Source: Zancudomyces culisetae HAW-14-8
Taxonomy: Eukaryota; Fungi; Kickxellomycota
NCBI GenBank assembly: GCA_052426225.1
Contig: JBNJNM010000011.1
Coordinates: forward strand, 2,914,001 to 2,978,000
Reading direction: 5' to 3'
Length of the DNA: 64,000 nt
Position numbers and translations under genes: made by a program. The notes beneath the pieces are model-generated. The model was not told the DNA's origin and made no database searches. It saw only the letters and a list, made by a program, of their open reading frames with translations. This document shows, piece after piece, positions 1 to 12,269 of the stretch (its first letter is position 1; each line of letters opens with the position of its first letter).

Positions 1-673
1 ATTTTTTATAAAACTGACGAACTACTAACCCCGATGTTTAATGGAGGAAAATAACAATCAATTGTATTTCCGACCAGCACTTGGTTAAAAGCTACTATGT
101 CAAAGCTTGGGAGGCTACTGGTTATACGTGATGTGGATACCCTAGGATCGGGGAGGTTTGATTCTTGCAAAATTTGCAACTCCAACTGAGTAGAATATTG
201 CTACGATTAATTGTGTTTTATGATGGTATAGTGGGAGAGGGTAGAGAATGCTTGTACTATTCTCGCACATTTAAAATCGGCGGTGCATGCACTATTCAAT
301 AATTTGGGAGAAAATGGATATACAAAAGGGTAATTCCGACGTGTAATGGTTAGGCTGCAATAGCTGGATGTTGAAACGATTTCAAATATCGGCGACATTG
401 CCAGTGCGCACCAAACGTAATTGTCTCTGAATGCATCTGAAATATTGGGCTGGTGTTGATATTATACTATATTTGACTGGTTTGGCGAGTTACAATGCAT
501 GTTACGGTTATGAAAATGGTATTAAATAAAATGGTCTAAATATGTCTAAATTTTATAGTTACATAGTACATCAAAGTAGCTAAATCTTTTTGCTTTGTTA
601 AGAATTCCACCATTGTGTGTGATGTACTGTTATTCACCTTTAGGACTTCCCTTTGCAAAAATAAAGGTGTCCA

Positions 674-3600
674 TTATAGGGTAATTTTACTTTTGCCGCC
701 GTGACCTTTTGCAGCAGCATACTTGTTAATAAAATGTCGTTCATTGAGGATTTTCTGGGGAAATGCTGCAGTATTTGTGGATGCATAGTAAGTTAGGGCA
801 TTTTGATGCACAGAGTGTCGCCGGTCTTGCTGTACAAAGACTAAATTTTGAAACTGGTTATGTGATACAACTTTTTTGGAGGTTTGATGGCCTAGGTGCA
901 CAGGATTTCTAAACTGAACTACGTTCGGATATATATTTCCTGGGTTGCCGTTATTCGGCATTATACTTCGATCCATGGAGCCTGCATTCATATTTGCTCC
1001 TACACCTGAGTAATACATATCTTTGTTTTCTATATTTGGATAGATAGGTAGCACTATTCCGTTGTAATTGTAATAAGCCGCTGCTTGTAGGGTATTATTT
1101 TCCGATTTTTTATGGACATTAATGCCCCTATTTTCTAGATAACCATAATTTTCGGGATAGGAACAACCAATGCTATTGGCTTGGTTTACATCGTTAACAA
1201 ACACAGGGTATGCTGAGGCTCTGTGTATCCTTGTTGTAGGATGGTATAGGTATTTTGGTTGGCCACTATTCAGCTGATGTTCAAAATATGAGTCTCTTTG
1301 GTTTGGCATCGCTTTAAAACCATCATTACCAACAAAGGACATGATACGTTGCTGATACATAGCAGTGTTGTTTTGGGTGTTTGGGTTTATCACAATAGGA
1401 TAATTTTCGGAGGCTACAGCATATTTGAGGTTTTGAATTTGATGTGCAGTGTAGTTGGGATAAATCACCGCATGAGGCTCATGATTATTTTGTGATGGCT
1501 GGGTGGATGCAGTCCCGCCAAACCTAACCCTGGATCTTACCGGATCTATCTTTTTGAGAGAATCGATATTTTGTTTGGGTTCATCGATTTCTGAACCTTC
1601 TAGTTTTTCTGTTTTATTTTTGAGAATTCCCTTCAGCTTCACTTTACTGGCACTATCACCACTTTTGGTTTCTGGAATTGAAATATCACTTTCAGTGGAT
1701 GCTGCTTTTTCGCTGGAGATAAATTCATCTTGATATTTTGTATCTTGGAGAGCTTGTGTTGCATTTGAGTTGTGAATACCTACTGCTTCTAAGTTGGCAC
1801 CGTTTGAAAATGTATTTATTTTACCAATATTTTGTGCACCTTTACCCTTGCTTTCTGTCTGTTTGGAAAAATCGACGTTCTTAACAGGAGGCAAAGGCGG
1901 CAGTTCAGCAAAATCTTCTTGACCTTCAGTGTTATTCTTCACGGATAGCGTGCTACCTTCTTCTGAGCCACATATAGGTGTAGGTTTGTTTTGTACATCA
2001 GGTAATATTACGGCAGATTCAATATCAACTCTGGTCTTGGTTCCATTATCCGAGCTAGAAGAACTATTGTTAAAGCTGAAAGCTCTACCTTTAGAATTTC
2101 TACTCTCAGCAGTTTGAATCCTTACATACTCAGCATTACTATTGTCAGAGCCACCTGCATTGATGTTGCTAGCTGGGTATTGGATTGCGTTATTTTGAGG
2201 ATTATTTTCGTCCATGTTGATGTTGGCATCCTCTTCATCGTCGATAATGATATCACTTTCACTGCTATCACTCCCACTGCTATCGCTACTACCAATATCG
2301 CTACCACTAACCTCACAACTTCCTACTGTATTTATTTTACTGTCAGCATCACCACCTTTGTCTACTTTTCCATCCTTACCGTTTCTCATTTTTATATTAT
2401 TATTTTGTAGTACTAGTTGTGTTTTTTTTACATGAGTATTTTTTGAATTTATAGTTGCTAAGTTTGAGTTATATCTTGTGTAATCTTGTACAGCCATGGA
2501 ATCATCAGAATCTACTTCTGATAATGATATGTAACCGGCATTATCTTCAACGCTTGCCAAAAAAGCATGTGGTAGTTTAGTATTATTATCCCGGTTGACT
2601 ATAATTGTATTCTTAGCTTGGAGTTGCTCCTGGTATCCGCTTGTATGTTTTGTGGATTTAGAGGTTACAGGAGTTTTTATCCCAAATAGCCGCTGCGTCT
2701 GTGCATACTTATAGTTATAATCATCATCATCATCTTCCTCTTCTTCTTCATCCTCATAATCACCATCACTTTTATCGACGTATTTATCCACAGAGTGGGG
2801 AATTTGTGAACATTTGTTATTTTGCGTTTCCAGATTGTCGCGCACAGTGTCTTTGTATTTTTTATTTTTCAAAAGCAACCTTTGCCCAGTCATTTGCAGT
2901 AGAGAATCGAGCTTGGAACCTTTGGAACTTTTGGAACTTTTGGAACTTTTGGAAATATGATTTTGATTACGCATGTCACAGCGGTTGTGTTCTCGGCCGA
3001 CTTTCTCAGGTACTGTGTAATTGTAATGGTGGTATAGCTTTTTCTTGTTGGTCGGGGTGGTCCTACTCTTCACGGCTGACTTTTCAAAGAAAAAATCGCT
3101 GTCTAGATAAGAATTTGTTTCGTTAAACATGTTTTTTTTAACCATCCCAACATCATCCTCATCGGTATCCATAATTTTTTCAGCATAAGAGTCCTGGCTA
3201 TGAGAGAGAATACTAAATCGGTGTATTTGAATATTATCATTTATACTGTTTGGTACTTGATTTAGATAGTTAATGTCACTGTTAAGTGTTTCAGAAAAAG
3301 AAAGTATATTCAAGTCGCTATTCGCTGTGTTGGATACTTTATCTCGTTTATGACCAATTACATACAACCCCTCTTCAGCATATGTACCAACCTTGGGCAA
3401 TCCACCCAACACAGTGCTTTCGTTTAAGGACCTGTCTTGTGGTGATATTCCAGACAACAAATCTGCAGAAAAAGTATTTATCTGTAATTGCGAAAAACTT
3501 AGTTGGAACCTATCGCGATCACTTTCATATTTTATCACATCGTCGTTTGTTAGCGTTTTTTCAATGTTTTTTTCAAGGATTTCAACACTTATCTTCACTG

Positions 3601-4564
3601 ACCTATATTTCTCTCGCGACGTGTTTGTAACTCCTCTAAAGTTTTGTGTGTTGAAGCTACTTGATACATCTGTGTTATTTTTTTGCACTCTCCTTTTTTG
3701 GTTTTGAGAAAATGGAGAGTTTTTCATTGCAGATGTGATATTTTCGGTACTGTTTTGGAAAACCGTATCATTTGCAAGTGAAGCTATCAGGGAATCTGGT
3801 GGAATATAATATCCATCAGTAGATCCCGGATGTTTACCATTTGCTACAAACTCCTTGAAGGTATCAATATCCTTCTGTGCTAGTGCTTTATTCACGTTAC
3901 CTTCACCTTTAGCTTTGCCTTTGTCTTTACCTTTACCTTTACCTTTACTCTTACTCTTACCTTTAGTAAAGGTCGATATACCGCTATTCGATGTTTTATA
4001 TGAAACACTAGCGCTTCTTCTTTTGGTTTTCGTTTTTATATTTTCAGTATTGATACCATCTTGAATATAATAATCTCTACCACTTGACTGATGAAGAGAA
4101 TCATTGCTAAATATATTGGAGCCTATTTCAAAATGTCCCAGAAAGTTTGGGATGGTATTCACAGTATGGTCAAAACTTCTCGATCTGGTTTTAGTAATAT
4201 CATTGTAAGCTTTATCATCAGCATCTGAAGCTATATTTACTCTTGGAGAGTTGTATGTGTCAGAAAACATAGCTCTATGGGCCGATTCTTCGTTTTGTTC
4301 TCTTATTATTCTCTCTATGGTAAAGTCTTTCGATATGCCTAAGAGTTTTCTGACTTTTGCGTTTGATTTCTGGCGATCGGGAATGCCGGTAAATGGATCG
4401 CCCAGTTTGGGTACAAAGGGTTTACAAGGTTGGGTATTAATATCGGCATTTTCGCTACTTATGATATGTGTGTTTGCTAATGTTTCTGTTGATACATCTT
4501 TTTGTTTATCCTTTTCAACACCCTTGGGTCTTTTGAATAGGTTTATTACACCGGATATGCCCAT
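674..4564 (-). CDS. Hypothetical 1296-aa low-complexity protein (N/S/D/K-rich, probably disordered)
   Basis: Uninterrupted 3.9-kb ORF starting at ATG, with acidic, KG and SSK repeat tracts. No domain recognised. Confidence 0.8.
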   Translation of the reverse strand: MGISGVINLFKRPKGVEKDKQKDVSTETLANTHIISSENADINTQPCKPFVPKLGDPFTGIPDRQKSNAKVRKLLGISKDFTIERIIREQNEESAHRAMFSDTYNSPRVNIASDADDKAYNDITKTRSRSFDHTVNTIPNFLGHFEIGSNIFSNDSLHQSSGRDYYIQDGINTENIKTKTKRRSASVSYKTSNSGISTFTKGKSKSKGKGKGKDKGKAKGEGNVNKALAQKDIDTFKEFVANGKHPGSTDGYYIPPDSLIASLANDTVFQNSTENITSAMKNSPFSQNQKRRVQKNNTDVSSSFNTQNFRGVTNTSREKYRSVKISVEILEKNIEKTLTNDDVIKYESDRDRFQLSFSQLQINTFSADLLSGISPQDRSLNESTVLGGLPKVGTYAEEGLYVIGHKRDKVSNTANSDLNILSFSETLNSDINYLNQVPNSINDNIQIHRFSILSHSQDSYAEKIMDTDEDDVGMVKKNMFNETNSYLDSDFFFEKSAVKSRTTPTNKKKLYHHYNYTVPEKVGREHNRCDMRNQNHISKSSKSSKSSKGSKLDSLLQMTGQRLLLKNKKYKDTVRDNLETQNNKCSQIPHSVDKYVDKSDGDYEDEEEEEDDDDDYNYKYAQTQRLFGIKTPVTSKSTKHTSGYQEQLQAKNTIIVNRDNNTKLPHAFLASVEDNAGYISLSEVDSDDSMAVQDYTRYNSNLATINSKNTHVKKTQLVLQNNNIKMRNGKDGKVDKGGDADSKINTVGSCEVSGSDIGSSDSSGSDSSESDIIIDDEEDANINMDENNPQNNAIQYPASNINAGGSDNSNAEYVRIQTAESRNSKGRAFSFNNSSSSSDNGTKTRVDIESAVILPDVQNKPTPICGSEEGSTLSVKNNTEGQEDFAELPPLPPVKNVDFSKQTESKGKGAQNIGKINTFSNGANLEAVGIHNSNATQALQDTKYQDEFISSEKAASTESDISIPETKSGDSASKVKLKGILKNKTEKLEGSEIDEPKQNIDSLKKIDPVRSRVRFGGTASTQPSQNNHEPHAVIYPNYTAHQIQNLKYAVASENYPIVINPNTQNNTAMYQQRIMSFVGNDGFKAMPNQRDSYFEHQLNSGQPKYLYHPTTRIHRASAYPVFVNDVNQANSIGCSYPENYGYLENRGINVHKKSENNTLQAAAYYNYNGIVLPIYPNIENKDMYYSGVGANMNAGSMDRSIMPNNGNPGNIYPNVVQFRNPVHLGHQTSKKVVSHNQFQNLVFVQQDRRHSVHQNALTYYASTNTAAFPQKILNERHFINKYAAAKGHGGKSKITL

Positions 4565-5493
4565 AGTAATATCTACGTTTGCGTTTCCAGAAATAAAAGC
4601 TAATAAAGGAGTATCATGCTCTGAATCTTTTTATATAACCATTTAACTTTGCTTTGTTTTCTTTATTTTTTCTTTTGTTTTACTTTGGTTTTATAAAACA
4701 CGATTGGGCTAGCTCCAGGCCGTTTATCTTGTTACCCAACCATTATGAATAAGTCCAGCCCTGGGTCAGAATAGTTTACATGGATAAAATATAAAATGTT
4801 GTAGCAATGCTACTTCACCTTTTTTTTTTCTTGTAAATGTAACCACCGTGGTAATTAAAAACTGGAGATCACATAATTAGTACCCACATTACTAAACTTG
4901 TAAATTGTTGCTATTCTTAGAATGTCCGTTTATCCTTTATTTCAAAGAAAAAAATTCTGTTTATTTCTCTCACTTTCTTGCGGTCCTAAAACTGTTACAC
5001 AAGGAAACAAACTTGGGTAATTATGATATACGGAAACTATTTTTTTTGTAATTTCAGTACTTGAAATGGGTGCGCATTTGCCATAAGCTCAAATTCAATA
5101 AGCGGTTCGTGTAATTAGTGCCTATATTTGTCAGTACATGAACAAAAAGGCTTGTATTTCTAATTCCACACCTTGTCGTTATTTTATATTAGTGGCTTTT
5201 ATACAAAAGAGCGTGGAGAGTTTTGGAACTCCTCTACAATAAACTAGAGGTTGATACCTAGTTTAGCAACATGGTTGCTATAATTTGCTACATCCACCCT
5301 CTCTAAAAATAGAAAATATACTGGCTCTGCTACCCCCTCCTCTTCATTTTCTTCATCTTCTTGACACTCTTCACACTCTTCACACTCTTCATCCCTTCTA
5401 CCCTCCCTCGCAGCTCCACTTTATAAGTGAAGCAGAGTTGAGAGTGTAAATAAATGTATATTAAGAATGTATTGAGATCAACTTGTGGTATAA

Positions 5494-6496
5494 TCAAGAT
5501 ATTTTAAACTGGCTTTGGCAATCAAAGTCTATTTGAAATGGAGCTTGATACGGGTAGGTGCTTTCAATATTACAAGAAAATTTACCCAGATTGGATTTAC
5601 CAAGTTTGCCAACAACTTTTCTTTCACCGAATAGTCGAGCGTTTCTATCATTTACTTTTGTATTATAAACCTTTAAATAAGATTAAAAATAGGAATATAA
5701 AGGGTGAAAAGTGGGTGTACAAAAAAAAAACTCGGAAACTGTACTTGGAATTCCACTAAAAACCGATATAGTATTGTTATCAGTGTTACATTTTTATTTA
5801 TTTATGTAGTACCCAGGGAAAAAGAAATATTATACTTGAAGAATAAACCGAACCATAAGTTACAGCTCAATTATATCCATACTTTTGTAACCAAAAAGTC
5901 TTATAGAATACCTGTATAGAATGAAGTACAGGATTTTTTAGCAAAAAAAAAAAGAAAAAAAATGCAAGAGGTAAATTTCTGCAGTGTGTGTTGTCAATAT
6001 GAAATCGTCATCATAAAGTTACAGTTATTTCTGTTACATATTCTACTGGTGGTTATCCAACATAGAGTGCAGGGTTATAGTAAACAATTCGAAAATAAGA
6101 TTCTTAAGATTGCTGTATGAACTGGGGGGGGGGGTTAGTACTATGAATGTGTTTGTTTTTTGGAACCCAAAAGTAACTACAAGATGCAAGAGAAAAAAAA
6201 AGACGGAAATAGGATTAACAAACAAAAGCGAATCCGCAATTAATTGAAAATAAAATGTGCAAGCCATACTCCCTCTTTGTAAAAGAGGGAGTACGAGTAG
6301 CTCTAGTTTACATAATTGTTGTAGTACAAACTGGTTTTTTATTACTATATTAGCCAAGTCAATAAGTGATGTTAGCTGGTGGATAAAAACAAAGATAATT
6401 AGGTAGATTTTTTGATTTTATTATGGGCATACAAAGTTTGGTAACAAACAATATTTGTTCTGAATCACTAAACTCAACTAATTCTCTGTCCCCCAT
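5494..6496 (-). other. Candidate unannotated multi-exon small gene or pseudogene
   Basis: GT-AG-bounded segments 5494-5670, 5745-5755, 5883-5911 and 6047-6112 join in frame (...HQYSIRLFGYKMEFQVYNTKVND...CNIESTYPYQAPFQIDFDCQSQFKIS*). TACTAAC branch point at 6134-6140. The upstream exons are uncertain. Confidence 0.35.
6267..6293. repeat. Perfect 12-bp inverted repeat TACTCCCTCTTT-GTA-AAAGAGGGAGTA with Stowaway/mariner-like ends
   Basis: Read directly. TA-CTCCCTC...GAGGGAG-TA matches Stowaway MITE termini plus a TA target duplication. Confidence 0.6.
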
Positions 6497-7429
6497 CTTC
6501 CCAAAAAAGAAAAGAAAAGAAAAGAAAAAGAATTAATGAAGTTTAAAATTTGGAGGTTTAAATAGAGAAATGCACTAAGTTTTAGTAATTGTGCCTAGTG
6601 TCATTTGGCCGAGGTAAAATGTTGATATAGCAATATATACCCAATTGATAATGTCAAAATTCATTACCTTATTAATATCACAGGTTTGTAATTTTATAGT
6701 TTACGATTTCTATTTTTAAACCCTTAGTATTGGGAGGGAGGGGGGGGGGGAAGTGCAGGATAGTCGACTTGTATAATAAAAAAATATTATATGGATTTGC
6801 TTTAGTATAGTTTGATAAAGAAAGTAAAAGATGTCAAGTGGGCAGGGATGGGTGTATGAATAGTAATCAATCAATGCTAGCAACACTACACATTAATAAC
6901 CCATTTCCATTGTATTTTTCAGGGGGAGGAGAGCGGGAGGGGGGGTGGGAGCGAAAAAAAAAATAGAGTACAAGGTATGACACTCTCCCAATCTTTTATT
7001 TTTAATCAAGATTCCAGATTTCAAGCCATCACCACTTGTCCTTCCCCCAGACAACATAAAATACTTTTACTTTTGAGAATGATCATTCTATAAATTATAC
7101 AGGTGAAATTACGTGAAAAGCAACTGACACTAACCTGTTCATAGATCCTTTATAAATAATGTCGATCAAGAAAGATATATTGTATGAGAATAGGAAAGGG
7201 TGATGGTGCTGGTGCTGGTGGGGAAAGCACTACCCTCCCCTCCCCTCCTCTTTTCCTCACCTCCCTTTCAACCACATTTTTTCTTTGTGTTTGGTGATAT
7301 AAAACTTGTATAGTGCTGTATTGTCTTTAAAAAAACAAAAAGTGAATATGGAAAAACACGATATTAGAGAAGGGGATAATTATGAAAGGGTTGTGTATAA
7401 GAAATTTACATAGTTGATGATAAAAATAC

Positions 7430-10400
7430 TTAAAAAGTGAGAAGATTGTTGATGGTCAAATTATCAATACTGGAGGAATCTAAAGAAGCAAATGCATTAG
7501 GATCTTTGCTGTCGACAAAGCTGTTTGGATCAGTATAGCCAAAACCAAAACCGAGACCAACCCCAAACCCAAAATCATACGCAAACTCAGATCCAAAAGT
7601 GGGATTTACAGTGGCAGAAAGAGATGGATCGGAGAGCTTGGCCTTACAAGAAGCGATACTATTTCTGAAAAAGGCCAAGGCATCGGCAGAACTGCGCGAA
7701 GTAGTAGATGCGGTAGTGGTGGTGGCAGTAATAGGAGTCGAGGAAATAGCAATGGGAGTGGCAAGTGAGGCGGCATCAGGAATGGACTGAAGGGTAGCGG
7801 AAGCTAAAGGATTCGCGGATTGAATAGCAGCAATGGAGGATTGATCGGCGGAGGGGGAAGCATTTGAAGCAGGACGAGACTTGGATTTGGATGGAGAAGC
7901 GTCTGGATTGAAAACCAGGTTCATTTTGGACAAAGGGATATCGTCTTCGCTAGACTCACCAGAAGAAGAAGAGGGAGCGGCGGCAACAACTTCGGGCTCC
8001 AAAACCTCCTCTTTCTTGGCTTTTTTGGATTTGGGTTTGGGTTTAGCTTTAGATTTTGCTATTTTGACAGGCTTTTTATCGCCAGAGTCAGTGTCTTCGG
8101 GTGTAAGAGGGAGCGAGCGCTTTGCAGGAGCAGCTGAAGTGGAGGGTATGGCTGTTTCAGATGTGCCAAGAGTGGTTGAGTGAGCTTGATAGTTTTCAAC
8201 GACAGGAGTAGAAGCAGCAGTAGTTACAGGGGCAGGAGAAGGTGCTGTACTGTTATCTTGTCTAGGAACAATCATGCGTATTAATCCCAAAATAGTGAAA
8301 AATAGATCTCTGACACTTTCTAGGTCAGAAAGAGTCATTAAGAACTCGTTTTTGCATAGTTCGGGTAATTTGTGGGAGTTTTCCTGGAACATTTTGATGA
8401 ATTCAGGGTTTCCAGTAGACTCATACCTGGATTTGAGATTTAGTAGAGCATTCTGTAGCTCAAAAACTTTGTTAGTGATAAAGAGCTGGCTGTTGTACAG
8501 TACCATTACGCTGAGAATTCTAAAGTACAACTCTCTGTTTTGATTGTAGCAATAAAAAAGGGGAAGTATTTTTTCAATCTGGCCCGCCATTTTATAAAGA
8601 TTGACAACCAGTGTCCGATATCGAGTTACGTCAGCCGCTTCAACACCCTGTATTGGTACTCTGCTGATCTGAACGCCGTTTACATGTGCTCTAATATCTT
8701 TCAGCGCCGCAACTGCTTCCTCCATTGACAACGTCTTTTTGTTTCTTGTAAAATAGTCATTTCCCAATGCATTTTGAATATTAAATCCCTTAAGCGGATT
8801 TAGCTTGATTTCCTCTGGTGTCATTGGCTTTTCCGTTGCTTCTGCCATCCCAACTACTGGCGTAGCTCCACCAGTAACCCCGCTTCCTCCCACTACCATT
8901 GGCACTGGCGTCGCTGCTGCTGGCGTTGCCGTTGCTACTGTTGGTGTTGGTGTTGCTGCTGATCCCGATGCCTGTGCCTGTGCCGACGTGGTTCCAGCCG
9001 TTGATGTCTTTGGTGGCGTTGCCGCTTTCTCTATATTTTGGCTTTGTGCCTCTTGTTGCAGTGTACTAATTGCTGTTGCGTAAAAACTCCTTGCCAGCAC
9101 ATTCCATACCTCTATTTGCCCCGATTTCTGTTCAATAGCTGTTTTCAGACTAATTAATCCTTTCAATGATATCGATACAACACCATTGTTTGTCTTTACG
9201 TTAAACTGTCTGTCTGGTGGAATCTCTATCCCCCCTCTCTGCAAAGGCGTTGCCGGAGCCGCTACCGCCGGTGTTGATGTCGCTGAGACCGTAGCACTAG
9301 CAGCAGGGGTCTTTGCAGCTTTCGCTTCATTTTGCTTCTCCATTTCGCTTTTCTTTGCCGCTCGCTCCTGTTTTTTGGTTTGTTTTTTTGGTTTAGGCTT
9401 CTCCTCACCACCTCTTTTGCCCTTATCCGCACCTGTTTCCATACTTGACTGTGCCTGCTTAGATAAAACTGCCGCCTCTGCCTCTTTTTGTTGTAAAACC
9501 ATCGGAGATGCCGCCACCTTAGAACCCGTTGCCCTACTAACATCTTCCTCCTTGGTATTTCTTGCTCTTTCTACTCCTGCCATTAACCCTGGCTGTTGCA
9601 TTTTGCTAGCCGCCTCCTGAAATTGTCTAATGTACAGCATCTGTTGTTGTGGCGGCAAGTTTTTTATGTTTTGAAGCATGGTTTGTATAAGTGGATTCTG
9701 CGGCTGTGCGCCTCTTAAGAGTTGATATGCTGCTAAATTTGCAAATGCCTTTTCTGATTCTCCTAGATTCATATCTCCACCTTCATTACCTGCACCTCCC
9801 CCACCAACAGTACCAACGCCGCCTGCCATCGCCCTGGCTGCTTGAAGCTGTGCCTGCAATTGCTGGGCTGCCTGCTGTTGCATTACTGCCTGTACTTGAG
9901 CCTGTGCCTGTGCTTGAGCCTGAGCTTGTGCTTGAGCCTGTGCTTGAGCTTGTGCTTGTGCTTGTGCTTGAGCTTGTGCCTGAGCCTGCTGTTGCATCAC
10001 TGCTTGTGCCTGAGCTTGTGCTTGAGCCTGTGCTTGACTTTGTTGAGACTTTGCAGCTATTCACAAAAGACATAGATTTTGGGAATTTGCATTTTGCGCC
10101 ATAAAAACACCTTGCTACTCATGATATTGTATCGCTTTAAGTCACTTACCTGTAACTCTAATATTTTTAATCTCATTGAGCCTCGATGCCAGCTGCATTG
10201 CATACATATTTTTCGTTTGAGAATTTTCCAAAATCAGTTGTTCAAAATTCATTACTGATTTTATCAGATCGTTTCTATCCAGGTCTGGTCTTACTCTTAA
10301 GTATTCTTCGACACTAAAGATTAAAAGAAAACATTCTCAGCACTCTCTCTTTTTTTTTCGGCAGTAATTATTTGTGTTAAAACTAATAAATATGTGAATG

Positions 10401-10474
10401 TACACTCACAGTTTGTTGATATACAACGACCGCTCTCGTTGCGAAAAGCTTGCTCTCCAATCCTGAGAATTCAT
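7430..10474 (-). CDS. MED15: Mediator subunit Med15/Gal11-like protein (N-terminal KIX-like domain, poly-QA tract)
   Basis: Exons 10474-10410, 10313-10150 and 10056-7430 splice to MNSQDWRASFSQRERSLYINKLVEEYLRVRPDLDRNDLIKSVMNFEQLILENSQTKNMYAMQLASRLNEI, a KIX-type pattern, followed by a QA repeat as in Gal11. Confidence 0.7.
9890..10036 (-). repeat. Coding hexamer repeat encoding (QA)n
   Basis: CAAGCA/CAGGCT/CAAGCT units in the MED15-like CDS. Confidence 0.9.
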
Positions 10475-12053
10475 TCTGTCTCCAGCTTTTTCTTTTGTCC
10501 CGATTTCTCGAATTTACTGTTCTTTTTGACGAGCTTTTCGTTTAGAATCTATTCCCCCTTTTTTAGTATTACAGCTTATTATATTATGTTATTATGTTGC
10601 TCATAGAAAAATATCACAAATAGTACAAATCCGATCTATCTAGCGTTATAAATCTCTATCCATTGATAAAACAGAATGCTAAATAACCAAGTTGGAAGGT
10701 ATATACAATTGTTATTATTTCCGAATTTTTAAAAGTGACAGATTAATTTCGGTAAAGCACAGCTTTATTCCCTTTCTTTATGAAAAATGATTAGCATCTG
10801 CTTTTGCTAAACTTCCCTCTCACTCTCTCCCTTCCCGCAATTCTCGTTTGTTTGTGTTTTTATTTTTTTATTTTTTTATTTTTCGCCAAAATTATTACAA
10901 AAGCGTACTAAACAATGGGCAAGCGAATGAAAACACATTTGATAGAAAAATCCTCTATTTCTCAAATGCTAAAAAAGCATTAGCGCAAGATGGTATACTG
11001 TACTCCCATTCGCCAACTCATTTATCCAGGCTAGTCACATTACCCAATAATTTTCTCCTCTTCGCGAGCAAGTTCATCATGAGTTTGCAGCAGCAACAAC
11101 AAAAAAAAAAAAAGAAAAAAGCGCAGTAAAGGATATGTAGTATAAGGAACATTGCCTTTCTGTACCACTTGTATTCTCCGCTTATCTCCAAACCAACCAT
11201 CTCCAAGACTTTTATTCATAACACATATCCTTTTCTTTTTCCATTCCCCTTCCTCATACCACGGTCTTTTGTATGGATTGATGGATCAACTTTGTAGCAG
11301 CCGGATATTTGACACAAACCTTAGAGCACAAATCACAAAGAACTTGGATACTTAAATTACACAACACATCTACACTCAGGCTTCAAAAACTTAAATATCT
11401 TGTTTGTATTCAAAAGGCTTGAGCTTTTAAAACACTGAGGCTTTTTTTTTCACATTGGCAGATTTTGTACTGGATTATCGGTACACGTATTTCTAATAAC
11501 CACATTTATTGATCCATTACTCTTCTTTTTTTTTCAACCACATTTTTATATCTCGTACAGATACAGAAACCAAGGTATTAATAAATTTCAGTCCATTGTT
11601 TGTTTTTCTTCTCTTGTCTGTTTTTATGTTCTTCAGACTTATGATCTAGTCTGGTACGTTCTAGTTTATCCAAGGCAGTTATGCATTAAATATAATTTTG
11701 ATTGTTTAAGCTAAAATCGCCACAATATCATATAAAAAACAACTTGATTAGAAAAGAAGAGCGGCTATATCGACTGCTGGTATACACTAGTAGATTGCTG
11801 AAATCAAGCTCCGACAAAATTATTTATTGTGCTATTCGTGTATGGAATTTTTAATTCTCCTAGACCCTATGTAGTGTAATTACTATTTCCAGCATTACTG
11901 TTCTATGGTTAGATGGTTTATTGGATATTACCCACCATACTTTTCTCTTGATCATCGAGATTATTAAATTAAAAAGTAACCATTGCAGAAATGGTACAAA
12001 AGACATATACTGTACTCATTACTAAAAGCCGCACTCGGTAAACCGCACATTAA

Positions 12054-12138
12054 TACTCATACTCATACTCATATACACATCCATACCCATGCTCATACAC
12101 ACATCCATACCCATGCTCATACACACATCCATACTCAT
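12054..12138. repeat. Imperfect hexamer microsatellite (ACTCAT/ACCCAT/ATCCAT) with a 24-bp duplication
   Basis: Read directly. It produces the spurious THTHTH ORF. Confidence 0.8.
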
Positions 12139-12269
12139 ATTTGCATTTTTCCATACTCGCACTTCTTTGTCCCTCCCCAGGAATGTAAAAATAATTACAA
12201 AAAAGTAGAGCTAAAAAGTGCAAAATATTTTAATAAGAAGCTTATGCCACCTCCTCCCTCACATTGATG

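Noticed and set aside
5241-5280. Two adjacent short hairpins, including TAGCAAC-ATG-GTTGCTA
   Set aside because: 7-bp stems are expected by chance, and the half-sites are in the wrong orientation for an RFX X-box.
9691-10104. Antisense and alternative-frame ORFs with LCLS, LEPV or SST repeats
   Set aside because: Shadows of the QA repeat in MED15.
11983-12267. His/Thr-rich 94-aa ORF
   Set aside because: Produced by a hexamer microsatellite, with a non-ATG start.
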